DNA from: an uncultured virus (IMG/VR IMGVR_UViG_3300042879_004886)
Taxonomy: Duplodnaviria > Heunggongvirae > Uroviricota > Caudoviricetes
Length of the DNA stretch: 64,000 bases
Virus record (IMG/VR): IMGVR_UViG_3300042879_004886
Direction: 5' to 3' (one strand)
Positions 53,620-63,882 of the stretch are shown one piece after another; position 1 is the first letter of the stretch; each line of letters starts with the position of its first letter. Below the pieces are notes generated by a model. The model was given only the letters and a program-made list of their open reading frames with translations, had not been told where the DNA came from and searched no databases. The translations under genes were made by a program, and so were the position numbers.

Positions 53620-55272
53620 TTAAGCAGGGTACCAAACTACTTTTCCATCTGAAAATTCTCCTTCATCAGTATCTTTTTGGTTTATCATGAATAAAACATT
53701 GTCTTCTTCCGAATTATCTGGCTGAGAATATGCAAATTTTGCAGTTTCTATTAAATCAGCGTAATAATCTTGGCGGCTTAACCAGGAAAAAAATACCAAA
53801 CACATTACCAAATCATCATTATGACCCTCTTCTGCTTTGTATGTATTTGATCGAGAAATAAAAGAAAACAGTTCTTGGACTATTCTTTCATCATTTAAAA
53901 GTATTTTATCTTCTTCTACAAGTCGTTTTAATATAGCACAACCAATTTTTTTGGTCTGGGCCGTGGTTCTCAATCCAAGTTCGTTTTTTCCTACGCCTCC
54001 AAAGCCCTGTGATAAAATTTGCCCCTTTCTTCCCAAAACTTTAGTCATTAGCAAATTTTCATATTCAAGATCGTTATACAGTGCGTGAGAAACCTGACCT
54101 CCAAGATCGTTAGTTTCGATCAATACGTATGCATTGTTATATTTTTCAGCAGAAGTTTTTATTACACTTGGAAAATTAAAAGGACTTATGGTATTGTTTT
54201 TATAAGTAGCAACGACTTTATAGGGTGTCTTTGAACCCTCCACAATCGTGAATGCGGAATAATCCAACCCCTGTCCTCTAGAGACATCTGCGAGCAAAAA
54301 GTATATGTCTTCTTTTTTTGGTTCTTCAAATATTCTCAAGCCTTCAGCATTTTCACTTAAAAATTCCTCTGGTGCAAGCACGTTAAGCTTTGTGGAAGAT
54401 ATGAGAGTATTTGATGAGCCCAAAAAGCTGCAACCATATTCCTGTTCAAATTGTTCGGGACTTGTATTGGCTATCTGTTCTTCTGCCCATACATCATCTC
54501 TTTTTGGGCCCCCTGGAGTAATCGGAACATCCCTCCAGCTCACATCAACAGGAACAAATTTGTTTTTTAATTTATGGCCAGCCGGCCTATTTGCATCTAC
54601 CCACAACTTATGAAAGTGGTTCATTCCATTTGGTGTGGATACTATTATAAGTTTTGTAGTTGTACCAGCTGAAATGGTCGGATAAGTAGATGAATAGAAT
54701 TCTTCGGCAATATGTGAAGGCAAGAATGCATACTCGTCCAAAAGAAGCAAGTTAAACGATCCACCACGAATTGCAGACGAAGACGTTGCATCACAGACAA
54801 CTCTGGAGCCGTTTTCAAGCTTAAATGATGTCTTGTTCCATTCTACCACGCCTTGTTGTAAAAAATGTGGTAAGTTTTCGTAAGCCAGCTGAAGTTTTGC
54901 AAATAATTCATCTTTAGCTGTTTTTAGTTTGTTTGCAAGAATAGCACAGCTTACTGATTGATTAAAAGTCACATAATGAGTAATATACCCAATTACTGAA
55001 GTAGATTTTCCAGATTGTCTGGGCCACTTTGAAATTACAAATCTGTTGTCATGTATCGTCTTTACAAATCTTTCTTGATAATCGTACAGCTTGAAGGGCA
55101 TGATGCCTTTATCAAGAGTTTTTACTTTTACGTACTTTGAACAAAAATAAACGGGATCTTTTGCGCAACGGATATATTCATCCAACTCTTCCTTGGTGTA
55201 CTGAATATCTACGCCAGGTGGTTTTAATTTTGGATTGTTTCTGTAACCTTGATTTTTATTGTTTAGACTCAT
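53620..55272 (-). CDS. gp17: Terminase large subunit gp17
   Basis: PRQSGKST, LLDEYAF, STPNG.NHF, DVSRG...DYS, DDLVM. Confidence 0.98.
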   Translation of the reverse strand: MSLNNKNQGYRNNPKLKPPGVDIQYTKEELDEYIRCAKDPVYFCSKYVKVKTLDKGIMPFKLYDYQERFVKTIHDNRFVISKWPRQSGKSTSVIGYITHYVTFNQSVSCAILANKLKTAKDELFAKLQLAYENLPHFLQQGVVEWNKTSFKLENGSRVVCDATSSSAIRGGSFNLLLLDEYAFLPSHIAEEFYSSTYPTISAGTTTKLIIVSTPNGMNHFHKLWVDANRPAGHKLKNKFVPVDVSWRDVPITPGGPKRDDVWAEEQIANTSPEQFEQEYGCSFLGSSNTLISSTKLNVLAPEEFLSENAEGLRIFEEPKKEDIYFLLADVSRGQGLDYSAFTIVEGSKTPYKVVATYKNNTISPFNFPSVIKTSAEKYNNAYVLIETNDLGGQVSHALYNDLEYENLLMTKVLGRKGQILSQGFGGVGKNELGLRTTAQTKKIGCAILKRLVEEDKILLNDERIVQELFSFISRSNTYKAEEGHNDDLVMCLVFFSWLSRQDYYADLIETAKFAYSQPDNSEEDNVLFMINQKDTDEGEFSDGKVVWYPA

Positions 55273-55702
55273 CCGAATTCACTACTTCCACATCAATTTT
55301 TTCTGTGCTTCTTTCCTTATTTAAAAGGTTTTGCAGATCTTTTGTTGAACCAACAAACACCGAATTGTTTGTTTGCTTTACTTCAACTTTTTGAGATGTC
55401 GTATCCTTTGCCTTTTTGTGGACATCCAAAACATTGTTATTCAGATCTGCCATTGTCTTCAAAAGAATTGCCACCACCTCAAATGCTCTTGGACTGTCGG
55501 ATTCCGTTGCCACTTTTAATGCGCTCTCTAGCGCCATATTTCCGTTATTAATTAAATCTTTTAAATTTTCTTGTACTAGTTCATAGTCTTTTTGAAAATT
55601 ATTGGAATTAAAAGTTCCACCCGAAGAATTTTTATCACTTGCTTTTAATTCTTTTGGCTCAGGAACATTAAAAAAATTAGCTAAGTTTTTATTTATATTC
55701 AT
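55256..55702 (-). CDS. gp16: Terminase small subunit gp16
   Basis: DYE, SPRAFEV, NNSVFVGSTKDLQ. Confidence 0.9.
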   Translation of the reverse strand: MNINKNLANFFNVPEPKELKASDKNSSGGTFNSNNFQKDYELVQENLKDLINNGNMALESALKVATESDSPRAFEVVAILLKTMADLNNNVLDVHKKAKDTTSQKVEVKQTNNSVFVGSTKDLQNLLNKERSTEKIDVEVVNSDESKQ

Positions 55703-55703
55703 A

Positions 55704-56372
55704 TTAATCAAAATCTAAAGTTATTCCAGAATCACTTGTCGCAACAACAGTATTAGTTGTAACTGGTCCAAAAATGTAAGACTTAGCAACAAAATTAAAA
55801 CTAGAAATATTTATCCGCCTATTTCCAAAGTCTCCGTCAAATCTCTCACTTATATTGTTTGAAATCATTGTTATTGGAATTCTTACATCTGTTTGAGCAC
55901 TATTCATGTTTATTGTTATAATGTGATCTGGGTTAAAATAAGGTATTATTTGCTCAACAATCTGTAACGTATCATCTATGTGTCTTGTATAGATAAAAAG
56001 AGAAAAGTTTACATTTACAGGAACCTCTTCTTCTATAAAGCTTGCTGGATTATTGCAGTTTGGTGAGGTACCAGACATGTTTTTTGTTATATTCGATTTG
56101 TTGCGTCTTCGTGATGGGTCAACTGCAACAGATGACATTATGTAACTCAAGCGAGGAAGTTGATTTTCTATTCTGGTTCCATCATTTATGGATGATGTCT
56201 CCAAATACCTTCTTATAAATTTTTCCTGTGGTGCATATGTTATGGGAACTCTTATAGACAGTGGATTGTTTTGATCATCGGGGTTTGCGTGTTCAACGTA
56301 TATGTTATTGAACAACGAACCAAACCCAACCACCATTTTTCTTAAATTTTTGTTATAAAAGTGTCCAAACAT
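55704..56372 (-). CDS. gp15: Tail sheath stabilizer/completion gp15
   Basis: FGSLFNNI, VPITYAPQEKF, LPRLS, QIVEQIIPYFNP. Confidence 0.92.
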   Translation of the reverse strand: MFGHFYNKNLRKMVVGFGSLFNNIYVEHANPDDQNNPLSIRVPITYAPQEKFIRRYLETSSINDGTRIENQLPRLSYIMSSVAVDPSRRRNKSNITKNMSGTSPNCNNPASFIEEEVPVNVNFSLFIYTRHIDDTLQIVEQIIPYFNPDHIITINMNSAQTDVRIPITMISNNISERFDGDFGNRRINISSFNFVAKSYIFGPVTTNTVVATSDSGITLDFD

Positions 56373-56381
56373 TTTTTATCC

Positions 56382-57023
56382 TTAGCAAGGTTCATTTTTG
56401 TCTACATTGAAGAGAATGGCCGCATCATCTATGTCGTCATTAATTCCAGCAGTGGTTCCAATTATATTGTTTCTAGGAATTATAGTACCACCAGACAGGC
56501 CCTTGGTAACATCCGCAACTGTATCCACAGAATCCACGCTCGTGTCTATCTTCTCGTAGCTGTATGTGAATAGTTCTGCTGTTATGCTATAAGAATATAA
56601 TTTTCCAAGAGGATAAAATGGATTTTCATGTTCAACGAAGTTTATTTCAAACAAGGATTTTGAAGTTGGGAAAAAGATTAAATCCCCTTCTCTTGGCCTT
56701 GTTATTGAAGTGTTCCTGTATGTAATCTCTTCTTTAAATCTTTTTCTGGCAACAACCAAGTTTACTTTGTCTTTGATTTCGATTCCAAACTGTGTTATTA
56801 TATCGGTTCCTTCGAATCCCTTATACGATACCAAGTACATTTCTATTGGATATGTCTTTGTAAAGGAACTTCCTGGATCTTCACCAAAAATTTTGTCTAT
56901 CTGAAGATATTCTCTTGGAATGTAAAGGCAATCTTGGCCAGTTGCTTTTATTATTTCTATGGTAACGTCCTCGACCAAATTTTGTTCGTTTCCGTTATTG
57001 TAGAAATAAGGATTGATAGCCAT
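56382..57023 (-). CDS. gp14: Neck protein gp14
   Basis: EQNLVED, YIPR, FGED, RPREGDLIFFP, FEINFVEHE.PFY.LGK. Confidence 0.92.
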   Translation of the reverse strand: MAINPYFYNNGNEQNLVEDVTIEIIKATGQDCLYIPREYLQIDKIFGEDPGSSFTKTYPIEMYLVSYKGFEGTDIITQFGIEIKDKVNLVVARKRFKEEITYRNTSITRPREGDLIFFPTSKSLFEINFVEHENPFYPLGKLYSYSITAELFTYSYEKIDTSVDSVDTVADVTKGLSGGTIIPRNNIIGTTAGINDDIDDAAILFNVDKNEPC

Positions 57024-57024
57024 T

Positions 57025-57852
57025 TTAGCCTATTAGTGGATCCACTGGTAGTTCTTGTGTCTTGGTCAACATCATTTCTATTTCTTTTAACTCATTATTT
57101 GCTTCAGACAAAATAGCCGGAGCATTTAAAACAGCGCCACCGGGCAAAGGAACATTTGCAAACTTTATCAAGTTTTGGCCCCATTGTTTTTTAAGGAGTG
57201 CCGTGTAATATTTTTTAAATACTCTGTCTTTCCATACCTTTTGGTATTTTTCCGGATCAATTTGAACGTAAGCCTCAATTAGCATATATTTTCCGGCTTC
57301 CATTTTACTGTGTTCTATATCTAAAAACAATCTATCCGTTGTTCTTGTGTAAGTATATGATACCGGATAATTAAACACATCATTAACCAGTTTTACGTAA
57401 CTCATGGCTTCCATATAAGAAGCTATTGGACCCGTGGATACGCCAGATTGATTGTAATAAAGTCCAAAGAAATCAAATAAAGTCATTTGATATCTTAAAT
57501 CAAACATATAATCACCAACTTGCTGTGCTGCAGCATAAACCTTGGTAATTGTTCTTATGTCTGTTGCCTTTGGCCATTTTTCAGTGGAACCATCCGGCAA
57601 GGTTTTTGTCTGTGCTCCCAATGCATCACCAAGTTGAGTTGTATCTATAAATTTGTTTTGAATGTCTGTTTGGGTTACCGGATAGACATATAAAGCTCTT
57701 TGATTGAAATCAAAATGCCTTTCAAACATGTATTCCAAAGCTTCATCTAAACGATCCTCTGCCTGCTGTGGATCTACGTTTACATTGACGACAGGTGCCC
57801 CCAGAGATCTAAAGCAATAGTCTATAAATTGTTGTCGTGTGGTTGGTGCCAT
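57025..57852 (-). CDS. gp13: Neck protein gp13
   Basis: LGAPVVNVNV...Q..DR.DEAL, KKQWGQNL.KF..V.LPGG; CATAAATA at 57861-57868. Confidence 0.92.
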   Translation of the reverse strand: MAPTTRQQFIDYCFRSLGAPVVNVNVDPQQAEDRLDEALEYMFERHFDFNQRALYVYPVTQTDIQNKFIDTTQLGDALGAQTKTLPDGSTEKWPKATDIRTITKVYAAAQQVGDYMFDLRYQMTLFDFFGLYYNQSGVSTGPIASYMEAMSYVKLVNDVFNYPVSYTYTRTTDRLFLDIEHSKMEAGKYMLIEAYVQIDPEKYQKVWKDRVFKKYYTALLKKQWGQNLIKFANVPLPGGAVLNAPAILSEANNELKEIEMMLTKTQELPVDPLIG

Positions 57853-57863
57853 TATACAAATAT

Positions 57864-58313
57864 TTATGAATTTTTTACTATTTTATTTAATTCATCAATT
57901 ATTTGATCTTTTTCTTCAGACTCACCAATCGTGACTTGAATTAATTGCAAATCCTCTGGATTAAAATTTTCAATTAACTCTCTTCTTTCTTTGAACTCGC
58001 TGTAATTGGGATCATAGTTGGTGAAACCAGGCATTTTAAGCGGACATGAAAGGCTGGGATAATCCAGCTTTGCGTATTCCTTTTCACCCTTCAATAGCCA
58101 TGTATGGGGCTTATCTCCGCAACCACAACCTCCACAATAATAATAATTTGAAGTTTTGCTTTTATTTAATTTGGGGCATTTAGGAATTTCATTAAATCCA
58201 AAACAAGAAAGAACCCTGAGTCTTTTGCTGTTTATATCAATTTTTTTATTCTTTATTCCCCTTGAAGCAACAGCAGCAGCAAACAATACCATTTTTTTAA
58301 TCATATTAAACAC
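57864..58313 (-). CDS. Cys-rich hypothetical protein (possible metal binding)
   Basis: C..C...CGGCGC...CP pattern. Confidence 0.6.
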   Translation of the reverse strand: MFNMIKKMVLFAAAVASRGIKNKKIDINSKRLRVLSCFGFNEIPKCPKLNKSKTSNYYYCGGCGCGDKPHTWLLKGEKEYAKLDYPSLSCPLKMPGFTNYDPNYSEFKERRELIENFNPEDLQLIQVTIGESEEKDQIIDELNKIVKNS

Positions 58314-58926
58314 TCTCGTAAACTGGAATTACTCCCGCAGGAATCAAATGCTCTTCTATAAAGGGTTTGTGTTTGTCCAATATATTTGCTTTAATTGTTA
58401 CGGTGCCCGAAGATGTGGTAAATACTTTTGTCGTTGTTCTTGAGTATCCCAAAAGATTTATTAGCGCGTGCTTTATTCCCTGTGGTGTTCCTTTTACATC
58501 AAAATACAATTTTTGAACTTTTATTGAAAAAGATCTTATGTTTTCCAGAGAATCTGAAAGCGAATCATCTGAAAAATCGGCACCAGGGAAATAACTTTCA
58601 GCAATTCCTTGCAAAAACTTTTCATTTACGGAAATTGGACTTCTTAGGTTTTCCCAATCTAGCTGTGCTCCATATCCATATTCCAGACTAAACAGCCAAC
58701 GAAGATAGTTTTTTATGATAGTCACCACAAGAACATTTTCTGGATCTTGATTATAACGTTTTACAATCCAAGAGGGAAATAGCGACTCAACGGTAAGATC
58801 GTCGCCTTTCCACAAAGTTCCTTGCACATTGTAAAATTCTGATCCATAAGCAGCTAAAACTTTTTCCATTAATTTGGAAATTTTTCCTGCTTCGGTTACC
58901 GGAAGATGGTTAAAAAGTAAAATCAT
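58306..58926 (-). CDS. Short baseplate wedge protein (gp7-like)
   Basis: Follows gp6; YFDVKGT..GI...L and H.IPAG motifs like gp7/P2 gpI. Confidence 0.55.
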   Translation of the reverse strand: MILLFNHLPVTEAGKISKLMEKVLAAYGSEFYNVQGTLWKGDDLTVESLFPSWIVKRYNQDPENVLVVTIIKNYLRWLFSLEYGYGAQLDWENLRSPISVNEKFLQGIAESYFPGADFSDDSLSDSLENIRSFSIKVQKLYFDVKGTPQGIKHALINLLGYSRTTTKVFTTSSGTVTIKANILDKHKPFIEEHLIPAGVIPVYESV

Positions 58927-59990
58927 AGACTATAAGTAACATTAATACCGGCTGGTCCGGTAGATTGAAGATATGACAGGAGATCTGTTTGTCCTGTCGT
59001 AGAAAGTCCATCCACGTATACTTTTACTGAGGCAGGAATCGTGTCATTGCCTACAGTAATTAAATCTATATCATCTGTTCCTGAAATCCCCGATGACATT
59101 ATTGCATATTTAAGATCGTTTAAAGTTACCCATCTTTTTCTACCGTTTCCATTAAATAGAAGAAGTGACCTTGCTCGTTCAACTGAAAGCGCACTGTACC
59201 CACCGGATGGGGTTGTCTGTGAAATAAAAGTAGTTGAGCTGAGTGGATTTATTTCCGCCGAGTTTCCGAGGTCTCCATTTGTTATTACTGCAAATATTTC
59301 TACTTTTTTATTCAAATCAATGGTAGACGAGTTTACAAAATTATTGGTCACGATATAACCATCTGCACCGTTTATTACGGTAAAATAAGAACCAGAAACA
59401 GCAGGCTCTTCTCCACGCTCAACTCTGATAAACTCTTTTTGTGTTCCATTTATAACGTCGGTCAAAACAAACCTGATTGTTCTTGGATCAACATTTATAG
59501 GAAGCGTACAATATTGTTTATCAAAATCATAATTAGTGTAAGTTACCGCCTGTGTACCAGAATAAAGAGTATAGCTATTTGTACCCACGGATATATCATC
59601 CTTATTGAAGAAAAGAATGTTTGTTCCATCGGTAGCCTTAGCAGTAAATGGTGTATATGCGTCTACGGCAGAAGTTGCATTAATGGTTATTTGAGAAGTT
59701 GCTGATTGAGCAAAAGTCAAAAGAATGGATTCATTGGATGCCAATCCAGCAAAAGATTCTATATTTTGTGCAGAAGTCTTAAAGGACTCATTAAATCCAA
59801 AGTAAGAATATACCCCATTATATGCCGTTGCTGTTGCCAATATGTTTATTAGCATATTTGCCGCACTTGATGTATTTCTGAAATCTATGTTAGTAAGCGT
59901 TGGTTGCTTTTCCAAAAAAGAAGTAAGAGATTCAACTATGTCCGTGTAATCCAACGAAGATACATTTAGATCTTTTGTATTGTATGCCAT
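58923..59990 (-). CDS. gp6: Short baseplate wedge protein gp6
   Basis: LDY.DI..SL..FL, DF..S....LINILA, NESF..SA, GG....S.E, R.VT..D. Confidence 0.75.
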   Translation of the reverse strand: MAYNTKDLNVSSLDYTDIVESLTSFLEKQPTLTNIDFRNTSSAANMLINILATATAYNGVYSYFGFNESFKTSAQNIESFAGLASNESILLTFAQSATSQITINATSAVDAYTPFTAKATDGTNILFFNKDDISVGTNSYTLYSGTQAVTYTNYDFDKQYCTLPINVDPRTIRFVLTDVINGTQKEFIRVERGEEPAVSGSYFTVINGADGYIVTNNFVNSSTIDLNKKVEIFAVITNGDLGNSAEINPLSSTTFISQTTPSGGYSALSVERARSLLLFNGNGRKRWVTLNDLKYAIMSSGISGTDDIDLITVGNDTIPASVKVYVDGLSTTGQTDLLSYLQSTGPAGINVTYSL

Positions 59991-60370
59991 TATGGTGTTA
60001 CCTCTACGGTACATTGAATGTTAGATTTCATTACCAAACCATCAAAGTATGAAAATTTTACATTAAATGTTATTTTTGTTTCTGTGTATGATTCAAGCAT
60101 TACCTTGGCACTATTCAACTCTGGGATAGATGCTCTAATGTAGTTTGCCAAGTTTGCCTCAAGATTTGATTTGTTCCCGACAGGATCAAAAAGATAAATG
60201 TAATAATCCGAACCAAAATTGCTATCTGAAGGTAACTCGCCTTTGTTTGTATTAAACAAATGTGTTATTTTTTGTACAATTGAATTATACCCTGTTACAA
60301 CTGCAACATCGGTTTTATTTGCAGTTGAAGGTATTTTTTCAAGTAAAATGGAAAAATCTTTATTTTTCAT
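59990..60370 (-). CDS. gp25: Baseplate wedge protein gp25
   Basis: SIVQKI..L..T.KGE.P....FGS....LFD; GATAAATA at 60377-60384. Confidence 0.8.
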   Translation of the reverse strand: MKNKDFSILLEKIPSTANKTDVAVVTGYNSIVQKITHLFNTNKGELPSDSNFGSDYYIYLFDPVGNKSNLEANLANYIRASIPELNSAKVMLESYTETKITFNVKFSYFDGLVMKSNIQCTVEVTP

Positions 60371-60375
60371 TTAAA

Positions 60376-61083
60376 TTATTTATCTGGCAGCTGGCTTACG
60401 GTTACAGCCATTTCGTGTGTACCACCAGCGTTTATTACGTGTTTAACCGAAAGAACAAAATACAAACCAGAAAATATGGAAGAATTTGAGTTGTACGGAG
60501 TTCTAGATGCCCTGTCAACTTGTATTTCAAGAACATCACCGGGGCTAAGTTTAAAGTCTCCTGCCAAAGTTAGGTCTACCTTGCTTTGGTATTTCAAGGC
60601 ATCTAAAAATTTTCTTCTTTCGACTGGGGCTGTTATTGGGGTTTTCCAAAAAGTGGCGACATTTAATCTATGTTTTAGATATGCTTCAAAATTATCTCCT
60701 ACCTGTGGGCATGTGCAGCTAAAAGATGCTTGTGGCGAACCCCACAAACACCCTAGCCAAGAAGGCCCAAGAGAACTTTGAATTTCATCGCATTCCGGGC
60801 CCGTTATCCCCGATAAGAGGTCGCGTATTACCAAAGTACCGGAGGGGGCACCGGCTCCACTGGGGCCCCTCCAAAGGGAATTGGAGCTCGTTATACCCAA
60901 ACTATATGATATTGACTGTATCTGAGGAAAAGCGCTAAAACAAGCTTCTAAAGTTGAGGGTGCTCCAGTTAACCCTCTTGTTATTTCAGAATTTGCGCAT
61001 TCGTATTCATGTCTGGAACTTAAAGGGTATATTGCCCCCTTGCCTACGGTATAAGGATATACCTTTATTTGTTTTGCTGTCAT
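60376..61083 (-). CDS. C-terminal half of a gp27/GpD-like baseplate hub
   Basis: LTLAGDFKLSPGDVLEI...SGLYFVLSVKHVI..H.M.VTV; ATGA-coupled to the upstream gene. Confidence 0.6.
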   Translation of the reverse strand: MTAKQIKVYPYTVGKGAIYPLSSRHEYECANSEITRGLTGAPSTLEACFSAFPQIQSISYSLGITSSNSLWRGPSGAGAPSGTLVIRDLLSGITGPECDEIQSSLGPSWLGCLWGSPQASFSCTCPQVGDNFEAYLKHRLNVATFWKTPITAPVERRKFLDALKYQSKVDLTLAGDFKLSPGDVLEIQVDRASRTPYNSNSSIFSGLYFVLSVKHVINAGGTHEMAVTVSQLPDK

Positions 61084-63032
61084 GTGCAAGCTCCATCAAC
61101 AATATTTTCGGCAGTAAAATAATACAAGATATTTCCCGCATCTGCTGGATCCACTGGTCCAGTGTAACCACTTTCTGCAAATATTTGTTGCCAAGATTTT
61201 TTGTACATTTTTACTATGTGCTTTATATCGCCGGTTACAAAATTTGTAATATTGCTCTTTGCACCTATTGGTCTATAATTGAAGCTGCTGCTAGATGTGC
61301 TATTGGTAGCTGCCCAACCAGGAGAAAGCACGGAACCTGTTGTGGTAGATCCACCGACGTTTCCTACTTCATTTAAATTTATGGCAAATCTGCTTAGATC
61401 AGAGGCGCTGCTGTATGATCCAGAAGATTCAGAGTTATCAAATGTCCACCCGGTTCCAAGCATATTGAAAATGTCTTCTGGTTCGGGAGAAACACTACTC
61501 CCAGTAAACTTTATTTTAGACCATCCATACAACCATTTTCTATCCGTAGAATCATTATCATAATCGCTATTTCGATGATATGAGGTTAGCATGGCAAAGA
61601 ATGATTCATCTGCAGCAGAACCCATACAACATAAAGAATACAATATAAAGTTTTGCAGTTCTATTTTTCTGATTAACTCGATCTGACTGCCTGCGGTAAG
61701 TCCTTTTGTCAGAGCATTGTGTCTTATGTTTATAACTTTTTGCAGATTGCTATTTGATGCATTTTCCGCAGACGGAGTCAAAGTTGGATAATAAGGGTCT
61801 AGAGGGGTCAAGTCAAATACGTTCTTCCACATCTCTGAATTGTCAATGTACTCAAATGAGCCTGTCATTCCATCTATTGACATATTGTAATAACTGTTCG
61901 AATAACCATATTGGTTGCCTATAAGAGACTCATTTGAATTTTTGCTGTTAGAGGAGCTGTCTCCGACGTATCCCCAATTTCCATTGTATACCAATTCCTC
62001 GGAACCACCAGTAGATCCGTTTTTTGGAACCGATGAACCAACTATTTCTATATTGTATCTGCTACCTTCATCCAAAAACTGGTATGCAAGATTGTAGTAA
62101 GTATTCCCACCAGAAACACCCGCATCCAAAATTTTTGGAGTTTTTCTTACATAATAATAATCTTTAGTAATGAATTGAAGACCTTGATTGGTGGAGTAGT
62201 TGTATATTTTTTTGTAAACAGTAGAACCAATTTTTGTTTCTGGCGTATCCCCGGCATAGATTGCATATTTAAAATTGTATAAATTTCTTCTGTTTTCCGA
62301 AACAGGATCATCTGTACCAAGAACAGATGTCAGGCATTTGAAATTAATCTTGCTTTCCCAATCAGTCCACATAAAAAATCTAGGTCTATCGGCGTATCGT
62401 GCAACTGGGGTAGAAGATGTTTTCAAAGGAACCGCAAGTGAACTTAGATAATTTAGATATTCAAGAACATTATCGGAAGACACTTCAGTTCCATCAAGCT
62501 TTGGATTCAATGGTCTGTAACAAACATAATTTTCAGTTTCGTCTATAGTGCCACCGGGCAACGCTACTCCGGGCGACAGATTTTCCAAAATAGAGGAAAC
62601 GTGTTTTATAAATTTATCAATTCTGAAAACTTTTGGCTTTGTGGTATTCAGTATTTTTGTTAATGTATGCTGTTGAGCATAATGATAAATGTAATTTGTA
62701 AAATATATCGATAAAAATGTCGCTTCATTTTGAGATGCTGCATTGTTCGTGTGTGAAGCTGAGTGAAGTCTAAAATTTATTGTATCCCCATTTTCAAATT
62801 TAAATACTACATAATCAATTGAATATGTGCTAAGTCTCGTAAGAAGATCATTTCTATCTTGTACAATAATTACTCCGCTGGGATAAGCGTCAAAAATACT
62901 AGATTCCATTTCCAGTCTGTGAAAAACACATTCAGTGTTCTGCTTCAGAATATCAACTGATTGACTGGCATCAAAATTTTGTAAAAAAATTGATACTAAA
63001 GTTGAATGAAAAGGATTTGAATTTACACTCAT
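61080..63032 (-). CDS. N-terminal/major part of a gp27-like baseplate hub
   Basis: ESSIF...PSG.I.VQD..DLL..L and FFMWTD....NFK hub-like motifs; follows gp53. Confidence 0.55.
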   Translation of the reverse strand: MSVNSNPFHSTLVSIFLQNFDASQSVDILKQNTECVFHRLEMESSIFDAYPSGVIIVQDRNDLLTRLSTYSIDYVVFKFENGDTINFRLHSASHTNNAASQNEATFLSIYFTNYIYHYAQQHTLTKILNTTKPKVFRIDKFIKHVSSILENLSPGVALPGGTIDETENYVCYRPLNPKLDGTEVSSDNVLEYLNYLSSLAVPLKTSSTPVARYADRPRFFMWTDWESKINFKCLTSVLGTDDPVSENRRNLYNFKYAIYAGDTPETKIGSTVYKKIYNYSTNQGLQFITKDYYYVRKTPKILDAGVSGGNTYYNLAYQFLDEGSRYNIEIVGSSVPKNGSTGGSEELVYNGNWGYVGDSSSNSKNSNESLIGNQYGYSNSYYNMSIDGMTGSFEYIDNSEMWKNVFDLTPLDPYYPTLTPSAENASNSNLQKVINIRHNALTKGLTAGSQIELIRKIELQNFILYSLCCMGSAADESFFAMLTSYHRNSDYDNDSTDRKWLYGWSKIKFTGSSVSPEPEDIFNMLGTGWTFDNSESSGSYSSASDLSRFAINLNEVGNVGGSTTTGSVLSPGWAATNSTSSSSFNYRPIGAKSNITNFVTGDIKHIVKMYKKSWQQIFAESGYTGPVDPADAGNILYYFTAENIVDGACT

Positions 63033-63877
63033 ATTATTGAATATTTAGGGACAACTAATCTAGAAAGAGCAGAAGAAAGGTCCGAGAGAACTATAAAACC
63101 AACTGTCTTGCTCTGAGACTTTATGTTTTGTTCAACAGTAAGATAGTCAGTCTGACTTTCCTGCATGAAGTTGAACTCTTTTGGATCGGTATTTTTTACT
63201 CCAGAATCAGTCAAAACTTCTTTTGATTTGTCTTTTGTAACTTCTTTTTCTATTGTCTTGGAATATTGCTGTGTATTTTTATTTGTTAGGTTATTATTTA
63301 ATTTATAATAAGTTTCACCTTTGTATATAAAACCAAATGTGCCACCGTCATCTATTCCAGGAACAACAATGTTTCCATTCGTATTATTTTTGCTTTCTTT
63401 AATAGTTACACTTAAAGAATAAGAGCTAGGTCTTTCTACCACGGCGAATGGACCATTTAAATCAAAATTTCCAACAGAAGAATATGACCAGGATGCTCCG
63501 CTGTTTTGTGCATAAGTTGTCAATACGCTGCCAGAAGGAACGGTAAAAGTTATTCCTGCACCATAAAAACCGGAATTTGTTGAGAGGGGATTGAATGAAA
63601 CTAGTCCAGAAGTATTGTTTAAGTAATTTGTAGGATTTTGTTTTGTTAACTTAAAAGGATTTATTTTATTGTTTGTAAAAACCAAAGCCCATAACATGTC
63701 CGGATTACCATAAACTTTTATTGAAGCTTCTACTAAAGTAGTTTTATTATCAACTTCAACTGTTGATGTTCTTTTATTTAAAAAATTTTTTCTGTAAAAA
63801 TTATAAAAGTTGGAGATGTTTACATCTCCAATTGGTGTGGAGTAGGCTTTTGTTTGTAAATTTTTAAATAGTTTCAT
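63029..63877 (-). CDS. gp53: Baseplate wedge protein gp53-like
   Basis: S.KVYGNPD..W.L..TN..INPF LysM-like motif; synteny. Confidence 0.65.
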   Translation of the reverse strand: MKLFKNLQTKAYSTPIGDVNISNFYNFYRKNFLNKRTSTVEVDNKTTLVEASIKVYGNPDMLWALVFTNNKINPFKLTKQNPTNYLNNTSGLVSFNPLSTNSGFYGAGITFTVPSGSVLTTYAQNSGASWSYSSVGNFDLNGPFAVVERPSSYSLSVTIKESKNNTNGNIVVPGIDDGGTFGFIYKGETYYKLNNNLTNKNTQQYSKTIEKEVTKDKSKEVLTDSGVKNTDPKEFNFMQESQTDYLTVEQNIKSQSKTVGFIVLSDLSSALSRLVVPKYSII

Positions 63878-63882
63878 TTTTA

